Assembly (NCBI GenBank): GCA_036785375.1
Contig: JAWMAR010000129.1
Span: 5,022,001-5,086,000 of the forward strand
Length of the DNA stretch: 64,000 nucleotides
Direction of reading: 5' to 3'
Source of the DNA: Leucoraja ocellata
Lineage: Eukaryota
Shown: in pieces, positions 50,355-64,000 of the stretch
How the letters are laid out: each line of letters opens with the position of its first letter
Numbering within the stretch: position 1 is the first letter of the stretch
The notes under the pieces: generated by a model
Told to the model about the DNA's origin: nothing
What the model saw: only the letters and a program-made list of their open reading frames with translations
Database searches by the model: none
Position numbers and translations under genes: made by a program

Positions 50355-51545
50355 CTCATTGCTGGAGCCGCTGCTCTTCGCGCTGTATATTAATTATTTG
50401 GATGAGGGGATTGAAGGCTTTGAGGATGATACGAAAATAGGTGGAAAGGCAGGTAGTGTTGAGAAAGCAGGGAGTCTGTAGAAGGACTCGGATAGGTTGG
50501 GGGAGTGGGCAGAGAAGTGACAGATGGAATATAGTGTAGCAAAGTGTGGATTCATACATTTTGGTGGTAGGAATAAAGGCGTAGACTATTTTCTAAATGG
50601 GAAGAGAATCCAGATATCAGAGGTGCAAAGGAACTTTGCAGTGCTGGTGCAGGATTCCCAAAAAGCTAACGTCCAAGTCGAATCGGTAGTAAAAAACGCA
50701 AACACAATGCGAGCAAATATTTCGAGAGGGCTTGTATACAAAAACAGAGATGTAATGCTGAGGCTCTATAAGGGGCTGGTCAGGCCACATTTGGTGCAAT
50801 TTTGGGCACCGTATCTGAGGAAGGATGTGCTGGCTCTGGAGAGGGTCCAGAGGAGGTTTACAATACTGATCCCAGGAGTACTATAAGTAGGTTAACATAT
50901 GATGAGCATTTGACGGCACTGGGCCAGTACTTGCTGGAATTTAGAAGAATCGGGGTGGATCTCATGGAAACATACAAATTAGTGAAAGGCTTGGATAGAA
51001 TGGATGTGGAGAGGATGTTTCCACTCCTGGGAGAATCTAGGACTAGAGGTCATAGCCTCAGAATTAAAGGACGTTCTTTTAAGAAGGAGATGAGGAGGAA
51101 TTTCTTTAGTCCGAGGGTGATGAATCTGTGGAATTCTTTGCCACAGATGGCTGTGGCGGCCAAGTCAGTGTATATTTTCAAGGCCGAGATTAGATAGATT
51201 CTTGATTAGTACAGGTACAGGAGGTTATGGGGCGAAGGCAGGAGAATGGGGTTTGGAGGGAGAGATAGATCAGCCATGATTGAATGACTGAGCAGACTTG
51301 ATGGACCTAATGGCCTAATTCTGCCCCTATCACGTGATCTTATGAAAAGGTTGGTGGGTGTATGGAACAAACTGCCAGAGGTGTGAGTTGAAGCTGGGAC
51401 TATCCCAACGTTTAAGAAACAGGTACATGGAAAGGACAGGTTTGGAGGGATATGGGCAGGTGGGACTAATATAGCTGAGGCATGTTGGCCAGTGTGGGCA
51501 AGTTGGACCAAAGGGCCTGTTTCTACACCGTATCACTCTATGAAC
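50355..51545 (+). mobile_element. CR1 LINE, degenerate RT C-half and 3' tails
   Basis: ORFs 50524-50886 and 50802-51197 carry CR1 motifs. Confidence 0.85.
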
Positions 51546-52185
51546 AGGCAATCAAAACAAATGTTCACAGGAAGAATTGTAGAGATCTAGAAGATTATTC
51601 CCTGCCAAAAGGCAGTGGTAACGGCTGTGATAAAGAACTTCAAGGCTGAGACTGATAAATAGTTTTTTTCAGAAATGATGTGGAGTTAAAGTGGGTAAAT
51701 GAAGTTCAGATATTGGTGAAGTAGCCTTCAGTGACTGAATGGGCTACTTCTGTTTGCTATCCTTCTGGCTTTAAGGGTAATTCAATCCTCCTCTAATGGT
51801 CAATCTTCCCTACCATGCTACTTATATACTGAATTGGAAAGCATGACCTGCTGTTGGAAATACAACTAGTCCCTGAGTGTACAACTTGTACTGAATACAG
51901 AGACAGCTGTTCACAGACTTAAGCACACACTGTTTATTGGCATTGGATGCACTTCAACAAACAGGTCGCAGCTCAATCATGAGGCTTTCTAATTCATTAT
52001 ATGGTCGGTTAGGAAAGCCTTTTTTTAAATAACAGAATGATAAAAGCAAGTGTAGATAAACCAGTAAGCAATTCTAAGCAGCTTACAGGCTGCGTAAAAC
52101 AATTTGAGCTGTTTCTGCTACAGAATGCATAAAAGCTGCTATTTTAATGACTTGGACTTTGTTCATCAGACATAGATTCCATTGG

Positions 52186-52415
52186 TAGACACAAAATGCT
52201 GGAGTAACTCAGCGGGCCATGCAGCATCTCTGGAGAAAAAGGATGGGTGACGTTTCAGGGTCGGGACCTGTCATCAGACTCCTTAGTCTGAAAAAGGGTC
52301 GCGACCTGAAATGCCACCCATCCTCTCTCTCCAGAGATGCTGCCAGACCCGCTGAGTTACTCCAGCACTTTGTGTCTATCTTTGCCATATACCAGCATCT
52401 GCAGTTCTTTGTTTC
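52186..52415. mobile_element. Fold-back Penelope-terminus element with hammerhead-like cores on both strands
   Basis: Arms span 52186-52378; minus strand CTGATGACAGGTCCCGACCCTGAAACGTC, plus strand CTGAAAAAGGGTCGCGACCTGAAATGCC (degenerate). Confidence 0.75.
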
Positions 52416-52480
52416 TACATTGAATCCAATGGCCCAGATTAAACACGATATGCAGATGCCGAAAAGGATTTGTAGCCTGA

Positions 52481-52816
<336 letters not shown>

Positions 52817-53247
52817 TGATTGCACGATACATCCTTTTGGCCACTGAATCCACGTTGACCTTCGATCACCCGTTCATACTCGTTTTTTCACCCACCCCCG
52901 ACACACTATGGACAATTTACAGTGGGCTAATTAACCCGGAGGAAATCCACGGGGAGAACATGCAAACTCCACACAGACACAGCCCGAGGTCAGGATCGAA
53001 CCTGGCTTGGTGAGGCAGTAGCTCTGCCAGCAGACACTTTTAGAGTTAAAAGTATCTTTGCCCATTTGCTTAGTTAATCCAGCATGATAATCGTTGGCAT
53101 GTATGTGTACTTCATGTCATGCTTAAAGGTGAAATGAGCAGTGGTTATGTGGAAGCTATGGTCACAAAGCACGCGAGCCTCTAAAACCTGGGTATTTTAT
53201 AAAGAGATACTGCAAGTTATTCAGAGGTGACATCCCCTACTCTATTT

Positions 53248-53558
53248 TTAGTGTAGTTTAGAGATACTGAGTGGAAAAAGGCCCTTCGGCCCACCGAGTC
53301 TGTACCAACCAGCGATCTCCGCACATTAACACTATCTTACACACACTGGGGACAATTTACATTTATACCGAGCCAATTAACCTACAAACCTGAACGTCTT
53401 TGGAGTGTGGGAGGAAACCGAAGATCTCGGAGAAAAACCATGCGGTCACGGGGAGAACGTACAAACTCCGTGCAGGCAGCACCCGTAGTCGGGATCGAAC
53501 CCGGGTGTCCAGCGCTGTAATGCAGCAACGGGCAGCTGCAAACGCCACCGTGCCGCCC
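53248..53558 (-). mobile_element. tRNA-derived SINE, near full-length
   Basis: Head, core and tail. Confidence 0.85.
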
Positions 53559-53713
53559 GTTCCTATTCCTCATATTCCTATGTCACAGTATAAAATACAA
53601 TGCTTTCCTGCCTGTAAAGTCTGAGCATTGTACACTTTAGAAATTGAAAAGTCATTTACAAGTAAAGCAGGGGTCTACCAATAAAGCTACAGAGATATTC
53701 CACAACCATATAA

Positions 53714-53989
<276 letters not shown>

Positions 53990-55099
53990 TAATGAAACAA
54001 ATGTCTTTACACAGTAAATGTATGCCTGTGGCAATAGCTACCACGGCACAAAGTGCTGGAGTAACTCAGCGGGCCAGATAGCATCTCTGGAGAGCATAGG
54101 TAGGTGATGTTCTGGGTCAGGACTTTTCTTCAGACCTAGTCCTGAGCTAGTGATAGCCATGCTATCGTTACTGTTCATTGTCTTTTTCCTACAGTGACAA
54201 TAAATATGTCTGCAGTATAACTTAGTTTGTGGACAAATGATTCAAATTATTATTTTTTTAAATCACTATTAGTTGTGTTGGTGATCCTTTTTTAGTTTGG
54301 AGATACAGTGCAGAAACAGGCCCTTCGGCCCACCGAGGCTGAGCTGACCATGGATCACCCTGTACACTAGCACTATCACTAGGGCCAATTGTCCCTTCAC
54401 ACTGGGGACAATTTACAATTTTACTGAAGCCAATTAACCTACACACCTGTACATCTGCAGTGGTTTGTGCATAGGGATAGTGCATGAGCATGTAGCGATC
54501 GCTGGTCGATGCGGGCCAAAGGGCCTGTTTCCGCACTGTATTTCTAAAAGTCTAAAAGTTTTTAAAGTATTCCTAACTAATTTAGTCATTTTAAAAAAAG
54601 GTGAATTTTGGGATTCAAAACAGAATATGCTGACAATGCAGTTTCTGAGGAAAGGTCATCAAACTCTAACACTAACACGCTCTCACCCCTACGGGTGTCA
54701 GGTTATGGGGAGAAGGCAGGAGAATGTGGTTAGGAGGGAAAGATTGATCAGCCATGATTGAATGGCGGAGTAGATGATGGATCTCATGGCCTAATTCTGA
54801 TCCTATCACTTATGATCTTAAGGTCTCTCTTCAGTTGCTAACTGACCTGAGTAGCTCCAGCATTTCCTGCTACTTCAAATTTAGTTGCTTCTTTTTGTTG
54901 CTTTTTAGAAAATGTAAGATGTAAGAATGATTTATTTGCAGTTATAACTATGTTGAGGGTCTTTATGAATGTGTTTTTGGGTTGCTGATGTAACCGCAAA
55001 ACTGATTCTATGCTTCTGATCTTCTGGAAACTCTAACCCAGCACATCATCAGCATGTCGAAGTGAAAACTTTGAAATCAACTCCCCCGTGAGTATAGTG

Positions 55100-55334
55100 T
55101 AGAAATGAACTGCAGATGCTGGTTTATAGCGTGGATAGACACAAAATGCTGGAGTAACTCAGCGGGTCAGGCAGCATTTCCGGAGAAAAAGAATGTTGGA
55201 ACCCTTCCTCAGACTCAATGGGTGACGTTGGGTGACCGAACCTGAGGGAACGGTTCCCACCTAAAACGTCACCCATCCTTTTTCACCAGAGATGCTGCCT
55301 GACTCGCTGAGTTACTGGGCATTTTGTGTCTATC
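55100..55334. mobile_element. Fold-back Penelope-terminus element
   Basis: GATAGACACAAAATGCTGGAGTAACTCAGCG ... CGCTGAGTTACTGGGCATTTTGTGTCTATC. Confidence 0.75.
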
Positions 55335-55454
55335 TCCCTTGAACAGTTGTTTGCGGATTTGATGTTGGTAATTGTTTAAGATTGTCACATTGTCATGCGT
55401 ACTGCAGTACAGTGAAAAACGTCACCAAGTGGCACTGAACTCCCAATCACCTTG

Positions 55455-55680
55455 TGGTTTGGTTTAGTTTAGAGACACGGCGCGGAAAAGGGCCCTTCGG
55501 CCCAGCAAGTCCACGCCGACCAGCAGTCCCTCCATACTTACACTATGCGATACACAGTAAGGACAATTTACTGGAGATCCTGGAAAAAACCCATGCGGTC
55601 ACGGGGAGAGCACTTGTAGTCAGGATTGAACCCGGATCTCTGACGCTGTAAGACAGCAATTCTACCGTGCCACCACCGTA
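55455..55680 (-). mobile_element. tRNA-derived SINE, internally deleted
   Basis: Tail and head motifs. Confidence 0.7.
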
Positions 55681-55772
55681 GGGGAAACTATTCAAATTCA
55701 GACGCTGAAAAGTTCTTCCTAGAAAGTATATCCATTTCCACTGTCCACTAAACCCTTGGGAATATTTTTTGA

Positions 55773-56216
<444 letters not shown>

Positions 56217-59200
56217 GTTCTCTAGCAGGGGACACTAGAGTGAAATAGTGCTGTATGGGTATGGTACCTTTAAGTTACACATGCTCTAGCTGTTGTATAA
56301 ACGGGACTCTCTCTGGCGTACAGCACTCGGCTGCCAAACATTGTAAAAATCTAATCTATGAAGGTGATTTCTATTTGCTGTAGGCCATTTCATACTTTAA
56401 AAATGAACAGAGCTCCTGTGCTACAGTATTGCAGGCAGCAGTGCGGAATGATGCTGCGACTGCATTGCCCCCGTGGCAGCGCGTTAGTGAAATGCAGTGC
56501 TGAACCCACATTGTTAATAGAGGTCATCCAATATTAGAAATGCTTAAAAAAAAAACCTCTGAGTGGTTGAATCCTCTGCATTATAATATAGATCACAGTG
56601 TTTACTTTGTGCAAAAAAAATCATAATGATCTGAAAATTAGAACTAAGATACTTTGAAATAACGGGTTTGACTTTATTTGATAATTGCAGGAAAATGGGA
56701 AAAAAAGAATAGCGCAGTAAATGGAAAAAGCTGTTGGGTTTTCAAATGATGTTAACTCTTTATTGCCGTGGTGATTGACAGCAACTATTATGATTTCCAG
56801 GATCAGATGACTGGAAATATTCATCCATCCTCTTTTCATTAAGGCACAAAATATGTGTTTACTGTAAATAGACTATTGAAGGCAAACCTCTTCTGCGCTT
56901 GCCTTCAGTGAACCCATGTAGCCACTCTACACTGCACACAATGCTTTAATAGACTTCTTAAGGCAAAGCGTTAGGGGAGAGATTCATAGTGAATGCAGAT
57001 GAAGAAGTTTTATATTGATTAAGCATGATCCTCTTCATTCTGCGGTGCCCCCCAAACACATATTTGGGTCAAAGCTTGACATCTCTAAAACATCAGTGCT
57101 TCTTCACTCTTGGAAAGACAACAGTTCAGACATTGTGGATCGGGTCCCATTTAGTTATAGAGAGAGAGTTTGATATTATTTGGAACTGCTTGTATGTGTA
57201 ATAACCTCCTTGAATATAAAATTAGCACAAATGTGCTTGGAAGGCGGTGGGACAGGTTCTTGCTTATCCGTGAGATAGAAGAGTATAGTGGTTCTATGTG
57301 CCCGATGCTTAGCATTGTGCTTGGTCTCATTCATGGCAAAGACATGGCGTGCAATAATAACCTGTAAAAATGAAATAGAATTTTTAATGCATGAACAGAA
57401 ATGTGAACACCTTTTAGTTGTGTGATTTATTAAAGTTCATTATGTAATGCAGTTGGCTGTTCAGCCAAGTTATATCCAGCGAGTACTGCTTCTTGAATAT
57501 CTATAAATTAATACCTGCCCATGTTAAAATAATGCATGTTCCTTGTTAGGTGCTGGATGCAAATCACTGCTGTAATATAACAATGCCTACAATGCTTTCC
57601 TAGTTCTACTGGGTTCCTGACCCTTAACTGCGTGCTTCAATTTGCAAACAGAATGTAATTGGCTATTATGGAACATTATCAGTGATGATGGGGTTTGAGA
57701 TATTTGCTAGACCTCTTGATTGTTCAGAATATGTAAGAATGTGTCTTAGTTTATAGAGCAACACAATTATGCAGTATTATTGATAAGAAAGGGGGAGCAA
57801 ATGTTCATTTCCTTTCCCAATGCATCAAAGGTCTATCACTAGTTTAACCCTTTGTACTTCTAGCCTTGACTGTATAACATTTGTTTGTTTTTATTTCACA
57901 CCTGAGATTTGTGAAATGGCACGATTAGGGATATTATTTAAGTTTTGATTACTACACAATCTTCAGTGACTGAAAATGCCAACGTCCGAAATGGATGATA
58001 CAAAATATTACAAAATATTTGCCTTAAAAAAAATAAATATGATTCTCCTTTTAAAATTGAGATTAAATTATATGTAATCTAGATAATTCTCTTCAAAATT
58101 TACCTCAGGAGTTTTAATTTTGAAACTTAATCTCTAAAACCATAGCATCCACTGTCTTGAGTTTTTGTGGTAGATGTCAGGATTGAATGAATCTGGCTAC
58201 GTCCTGAAATGTTTATCACTGCTAATCAGCTGACTGATTTTTCCTACTATAAAACACAAACCATGCAATTAGCAATTGATGAAATAAATTCATGAAATTG
58301 GCATTCATTGATTAGGTGAAATGTAATAATAGGCACTGCATTACTGTAGTGTAACATCATGATTTGCAAGATTATTTTTGAGCATGTTTGGCGATCCTGT
58401 TAATGTTTTACCCAACAATGGTTCATTACTAAATAATTATTCTTGTAAAGGGGTTACATAGTTCTCAGAGTTTGTCCCGTCACGTTTTATCTCCTGATGC
58501 ATTGATTCATGGGTGTGCTGCCACTATCAAAGCTTTGAAGGGGGCAGATTTAGCTTCCACATCTGATAGCCAGATGGAATAGATTGTCTACTTGTAGAAT
58601 GGTCCAGCCTTCAGCGCATTAGCTTCCAGTGGACAAGACACTGGGAAGGTTTTAACATGAATGTGCCATGTTGGGCATGTTTCACCAGACCACTGTTGGC
58701 TGCTAACGTTATACATTTTCCCTACACATTTTGAACAGTGATTGCCCAATCAATCCTCAAATGTTTTGAATTGTTCTTTTACTTTCCAAGTAGATACAAC
58801 AAAGATCTTGAGTGCCGGAATGCCAATATTGGCATTAATTTTAAATTTCATTTTGATTGCTGTTCTAAACCCTCCCATTCAGTGTTTCGGACCGCTGCAG
58901 TTATATAGTGAAAATCCATTGCTTCTGCAAATCTAATTTGCCATGTTAGATCAAATTATCACACCAAACCATTTGACAAACCACCACATCTAGATGAACT
59001 CTTTTGGAGAACCCTAACAATTAAGTGCTCAATGATAACCGAAAATTCATTTAATAAATCGAGATACCATGTTAATTTTATGAATGTTCTGTATATAATT
59101 TTTAACCAAACTTTAAACTGCTGGAAGAGTAGGAAAGGGGTATTATGCTAAGCCGAGTGGCTACGCAAACGGGTATGAGGTGATACGTATTTCAAACCCA

Positions 59201-59624
59201 AAGATCTCTAATCTCTTAGTGCAGATTAGTGTTGATCGAAGAGGCAGCAAAGTGGCAGCTCTCAGCTGGCCTGAGGGGAAGAAGTGCAATTGTTTTGTTT
59301 TTTTGTGGGAATCACTTATTGTTGGACCAAACAGAGAGATGTTCTTTGTGAAATGTTTCCGTAATATCTGTAAATGTGTCTTGGTGTGTAATGGATACAC
59401 GCTGCTTTTTATTCAGTAAATTTAATAAATATTTCAAAATGCTGTTTCTTTTATCTATTATTAGCAGTGGGTCAATATGCCGCTGAATAGTCATGATGGC
59501 AAAGTTGGCTTCACACTGGTGTATACTTGTCATCAGTCTTTCAAATTGGGTTATAAACCAATTGACTGAGAAATACTCAGAGCTTCTCATGTAATGTAGG
59601 AATTCATTAAAAAAAATACCACCA

Positions 59625-60796
59625 TTGATACAAATACATCGATAGATGCTCCTGAACACATCATCAGTGATGTAACCTGGGGTCATTAGGTGTTTCGGGT
59701 CTTTCAACATCAGACACCCTCACCCAGGCGACCCAGCCGTGGTTGATCAGACCACGACTTGTGTTCAGGTGGCATTCGCTCTTCCCCATGGACCTCCTCT
59801 CCTGATCCAGATTCATCTCGAGGCCTTCTCCGCTGCCTCTGTGGTGTTCTTGATGGCCTTTCTCCTTGCCACTCCGTTTATGCCCAGTGCACTCAAGGCT
59901 TTGTAGAGCGATTGCCCTGCAAAACCTCTGCAGCCAACCTCGATGGGCATACACCTTGCCTTCCAGCTCTGCTTGCGGCAGTCTATGACCAGCTCTTCAT
60001 ACTTGGCCATCTTCCTCTCGTGGGCCTCCTCCAGACGGTCCTCCCAAGGCACAGTCAGTTCCAACAAGACGATGTTATTGGTCGCCTCTGAGACCAGGAG
60101 GATATCTGGCCTCAGGCTGGTCGTGGCAATGTGCCGTGGGAACTTCAGCTGTTTCACCAGGTCTACGGAAAGCTGCCAGTCCTGCGCAGTCGCCAGGATT
60201 CCTGACAGATTCCAGGCTGCTGTGGTTCTTGGCAGCTGCACTCCGGCCTTCATGAAGGCGATCGTCTGGGTGGTGGGGCATGCTCGCCTGCAGCTGCTGA
60301 TTCCCATGCTGATGGCTTCTGCAATGGGTTTAAGAACCTGGTCGCGACGCCATGTGTACCGGCCCTGCCCAAGAGTCTTTGGGCAACAGCTCAGGATGTG
60401 TTCCAACGTCCCCTTGCCTGAACATTGCGGGCAATCTGGAGATTCCGCTTTGCCCCAGATGAAGAGGTTCGATGGGCTGGGCAGGACATCATACACTGCC
60501 TGGACCAGGGACTTGATGCGCTGTGGTTCAGCCTGCCAGAGCTCAGTCCATGTGACTTTTCGGTCCATGGCCTGCGCCCACCTTGTCCAGGCCCAATGCT
60601 GCCTCAATCCAACTGCTCTGGTAGACCTCTCCTCCTCCACCACTGCCCTCACTTCCTTCTGGACCAGCCTGCGCCTCTCCTTCCCCTTGGCCTTGTCAAA
60701 CTGGGGAGATGGGAAGATTCCCAGGCCAGCTCTTCCCCGAGTCACTGCTCCCACCAGGATTCTGTGGCGTATCCGAGAATCTGCTTGCAGCACGGC
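59625..60796 (-). mobile_element. RLE-type non-LTR retrotransposon (HERO/R2-like), 5'-truncated, 22-bp TSD
   Basis: CPQCSGKGTLEHILSC zinc knuckle, RRDQ, RPDILL, LLELTVPWE, KMAKY and IEVGCRG motifs; TTCATTAAAAAAAATACCACCA at 59603-59624 and 60797-60818. Confidence 0.88.
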
Positions 60797-60847
60797 TTCA
60801 TTAAAAAAAATACCACCAAGGTCCATCAAGTTTGTCATCTGCCATTT

Positions 60848-61136
60848 GGACAGCACGGTGGCGCAAGGTGAAGTTTGTGCCTTACAACGGCAGGGACCCA
60901 GGTTCGATCCTGACTACGGGTGGTGCCTGTACGAAGTTTGTATATTCTCCCTGTGACCTGCGTGGGTTCTCCCAGATCTTTGGTTTCCAAAGACGTACAA
61001 GTTTGTAGGTTAATTGGCTTGGTATTAATGTAAAATTGACCTGACTGTGTGTACGAAGGTTTGGTGTGGGGATTCTTTGGTCGGTGCGGACTCGGTGAGC
61101 CGAAGGGCTTGATTCCGAGCTGTATCTCTAAACTAA
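60848..61136 (+). mobile_element. tRNA-derived SINE
   Basis: CACGGTGGCGCAAGG head, GGTTCGATCC B-box, tail. Confidence 0.85.
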
Positions 61137-61597
61137 TCCTGTTAGTCATACGTTGCAACATTGTTGTTGAGTAATTATAGTAAATCTATTATTAATATGA
61201 AACAGATGCTGAAATGACCATGTGGGAAAACTCCTGGGGTTAGCCAAAGTTGAATGTCTCCCAAACAAATTTGGGGTGTGTTCCAAATCACTTGTGTGAT
61301 TGTTACCTGAAAGAACTCTACGTTGCATTAAAATTAATCAATGCAATCTCCTATGATCGCCTCCATAGTGTGTCTCTTCTATAGATTCAACTATGGTACT
61401 GAGAATTATTTCATGGTTTGGCATCTTGTCACATAACATTCTGAGATCGTTCTGATATTAGCTGAACAAAAATCACTTGTATTAGGATTTGCACTAAAAA
61501 ATATTTTGTTTCGTATAACAAAAGTAAGTAGGGAAATCTGAAAATGGGGTATACAATGGCATTAATGAAAAGTGGTGAACAATATAAGATTGGCATT

Positions 61598-62020
61598 GAA
61601 TGCTGGAGTAACTCAGCGGATTAGGCAGCATCTCCGGAGAAAAGGAATAGGTGATGTCTCGGGGCGTGACCCTTCTTCAGACTGAAATGGGGGAAACGGA
61701 AACTAGAAGTATGAAAAGGTACAGAACAAATCGGTGTCTGCACCGATGGCTAAAGAACCCACACTACTCCATTGTTGGCTGTGCAGGTGATAATGAAGAA
61801 ATACAATGAAACTAGCAGGGCAACTAGACTGCGGGAGGGATGGTGAGAGAGGGAATGCAAGGGTTACTTTAAATTAGATAAACAAATATTCATACCACTG
61901 GGTTGTAAGCTGCCTAAGCAATATATGAGGTGCTCTTTCTCCAATTTGTGTGTGGCCCCACTCTGACAGTGGAGGAGGCCCAGGACAGAAAGGTCAGTGT
62001 GGGAAGGGGAAGGTGAGGCA
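61598..62020 (-). mobile_element. Old Penelope 3' fragment
   Basis: SPSHTDLSVLGLLHCQS...KLEKEHLIYCLGSLQPSGMNI plus a terminal unit with CTGAAGAAGGGTCACG. Confidence 0.75.
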
Positions 62021-62837
62021 AAACGTTTGGTGAACAGGTGATCGATGGTCAGCATGTACTCTGAGCTGCAGGGCGTGTTTGCATACTGTCTAAACTAAAA
62101 ACTGAAACTTAAGGCAAATAGCAGAAAGATGGTAAGATAGAACAGAGAACAGTGAAGTACAACAGGCCCTTCAGCCCACGAGGCCTGTACTGAACATAAT
62201 CCTTACCTAAACTAATCCTTTTCCCTGCATGTACTCCATATGCTTCCATTCCCTGCATATTCATGTGTATATATTAAAGCCTCTTAAACAACGCTTGTAT
62301 CTATGATATCCGCCAACCGGTATAACTATTCAAAATCATGAAGGATTGTTTCCGCAGGTACACAGAAAATGCGAAGGACAACTGAGGTTTAAAAAAGAGA
62401 ATGGAATGTTTTGTCACAAGCAAACGATGTGAGAAGCAATTTAATCTTTAAAGACAGATGCACTTTTTGCTGGTAAGTATTTGAAGAAGAAATAGGCACA
62501 GTCGTAGGAAGAAAGCGGGACAACGGGATTTGTTTTAGTGTTCTCTCAAAAGATAAAATTACTGTGTTGTGTGGCCGCCAACTGTATTGAGATATTGTCT
62601 TTCAAAGAGAATGCAGGACTCAGCGATGGAACAGTAGAAACCTTCTCCATCGTGGCACAATATTACGGTTAATCCAGGAGGTCACTGGAATGATGTATTG
62701 TACTCTCTCCGACTCCCTCGACCAGCTCAGCCCACGAACCATCCCCCTCACCCGACCGCCTCTGTGTCCCGGGGGCACCTCCTGCAACCGATCTTGAAGA
62801 TGCTGGAGACAATACCCTCTCCTACCAGCCCACTAAT

Positions 62838-63012
62838 TGACGTTTTCACATCGGGACCCTTCTTCAGACAGATTGGAGAATTCACTGATGAGTCTGAAGA
62901 AGGGTCTCGACTAAAAAAGTCACTCATTCCTTCTATCCAGACATGCTGCTTGACCCGCTGAGTTACTCCAGCTCTTTGGGACTTTTTTTGTAAACCACCA
63001 TCTGCAGTTCCT
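62838..63012. mobile_element. Penelope-terminus element with back-to-back hammerhead-like cores
   Basis: GGGACCCTTCTTCAGAC ... GTCTGAAGAAGGGTCTCGAC; tail CATCTGCAGTTCCTT. Confidence 0.6.
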
Positions 63013-63271
63013 TATTTGCAAAAAGAGAAAACGCTGGAAATATTTTATGTATGTCCTGCAAATGTGGAGCGAGAAACAGCGCTAATATTTTAACCCTCAT
63101 GAGCTGGAATGTTAGCTCAGATTGTTTTTCCAAAGGTGTTGCCTGACCTGCTGAATATTTCCAGCACGTTTCATTTTTATTTTGTAAGAGAGAATGATCA
63201 CTGTTCCATATTTTCTCACAGCAGAGAAGGAGGCCAGTTCAGCCCATTGAGACTCTGCTGGCCACACAGAG

Positions 63272-63891
63272 GAATTTGAGTATAGGAGGAGGGAGGTTCT
63301 ACTGCAGTTGTACAGGATCTTGGTGAGACCACACCTGGAGTATTGCGTACAGTTTTGGTCTCCTAAATCTGAGGAAAGACATTCTTGCCATAGAGGGAGT
63401 ATAGAGAAGGTTCACCAGACTGATTCCTGGAATGTCAGGACTTTCATATGAAGAAAGACCGGATAGACTTGGCTTGTACTCGCTAGAATTTAGAAGATTG
63501 AGGGGGGATCTTATAGAAACTTCCAAAATTCTTAAGGGGTTGGATAGGCCAGATGCAGGAAGATTATTCCCGATGTTGGGGAAGTCCAGAACAAGGAGTC
63601 ACAGTTTAAGGATAAGGGGAAGTCTTTTTGGACCAAGATGAGAAATTCATTTTTTACACAGAGAGTGGTGAATCTGTGGAATTCTCTGCCACAGAGGGTA
63701 GTTGAGGCCAGTTCATTGGCTATATTAAAGAAGGAGTTAGATGTGGCCCTTGTGGCTAAAGGGATCAGGGGGTATGGAGAGAAGGCAGGTACAGGATACT
63801 GAGTTGGATGATCAGCCATGATCATATTGAATGGCGGTGCAGGCTCGAAGGGCCGAATGGCCTACTCCTGCACCTAATTTCTATGTTTCTA
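63272..63891 (+). mobile_element. Young CR1 LINE 3' fragment
   Basis: [30 protein letters not shown] and following motifs; tail ATTTCTATGTTTCTA. Confidence 0.9.
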
Positions 63892-64000
63892 ATCCCCATT
63901 CCCTCCATTGTGCCTTTTGGAATGAGTCACTTGGAGGCTGAAGCTGGGTGATATAAAAGTCTTTATTAATCAAGAGAAACGCACACTCTCTGTAGATTGT

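Noticed and set aside
56217-59430. Exact TMEM185 polyadenylation site
   Set aside because: The long TE-poor stretch suggests an extended 3' UTR, but several AATAAA/ATTAAA candidates cannot be distinguished from sequence alone.
59650-59720. CTGATG...GAAAC motif in the RLE element 3' UTR as a hammerhead
   Set aside because: The CUGANGA box is not intact next to the GAAAC and stem II does not form convincingly.
59943-60956. 337-aa plus-strand ORF (also 30548-31090, 45547-45948, 1247-1681)
   Set aside because: Antisense shadows of retroelement ORFs with no independent motifs.

Overview
Vertebrate genomic DNA. The repeat content (HE1/V-SINE-type tRNA-derived SINEs, CR1 LINEs, Penelope-like elements) points to a cartilaginous fish, probably a skate or ray (inference). 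Two complete spliced genes lie on the + strand. ANKRD46 has 3 coding exons (20976-29447, 228 aa) and a probable non-coding first exon in a CpG island near 15.8 kb. A TMEM185A-type gene has 7 coding exons (39369-56216, 350 aa). All coding junctions are GT-AG and in phase. The rest is dense with mobile elements: CR1, Rex1/Babar, L1, an RLE-type (HERO/R2-like) non-LTR fragment, two young GIY-YIG Penelope copies, Tc1, hAT, a tandem Helitron-like array and an unclassified TIR element. Most notable: (i) a family of small non-coding, often fold-back inserts derived from the Penelope terminus, carrying a minimal hammerhead-ribozyme core (sometimes on both strands) and flanked by their own 10-15 bp target-site duplications; (ii) a 1.4-kb 22-bp minisatellite in the ANKRD46 5' intron that appears to have grown from the tail of that same family; (iii) a perfect 170-bp-arm palindrome at 3215-3573. 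TE boundaries without a stated TSD or TIR are approximate.
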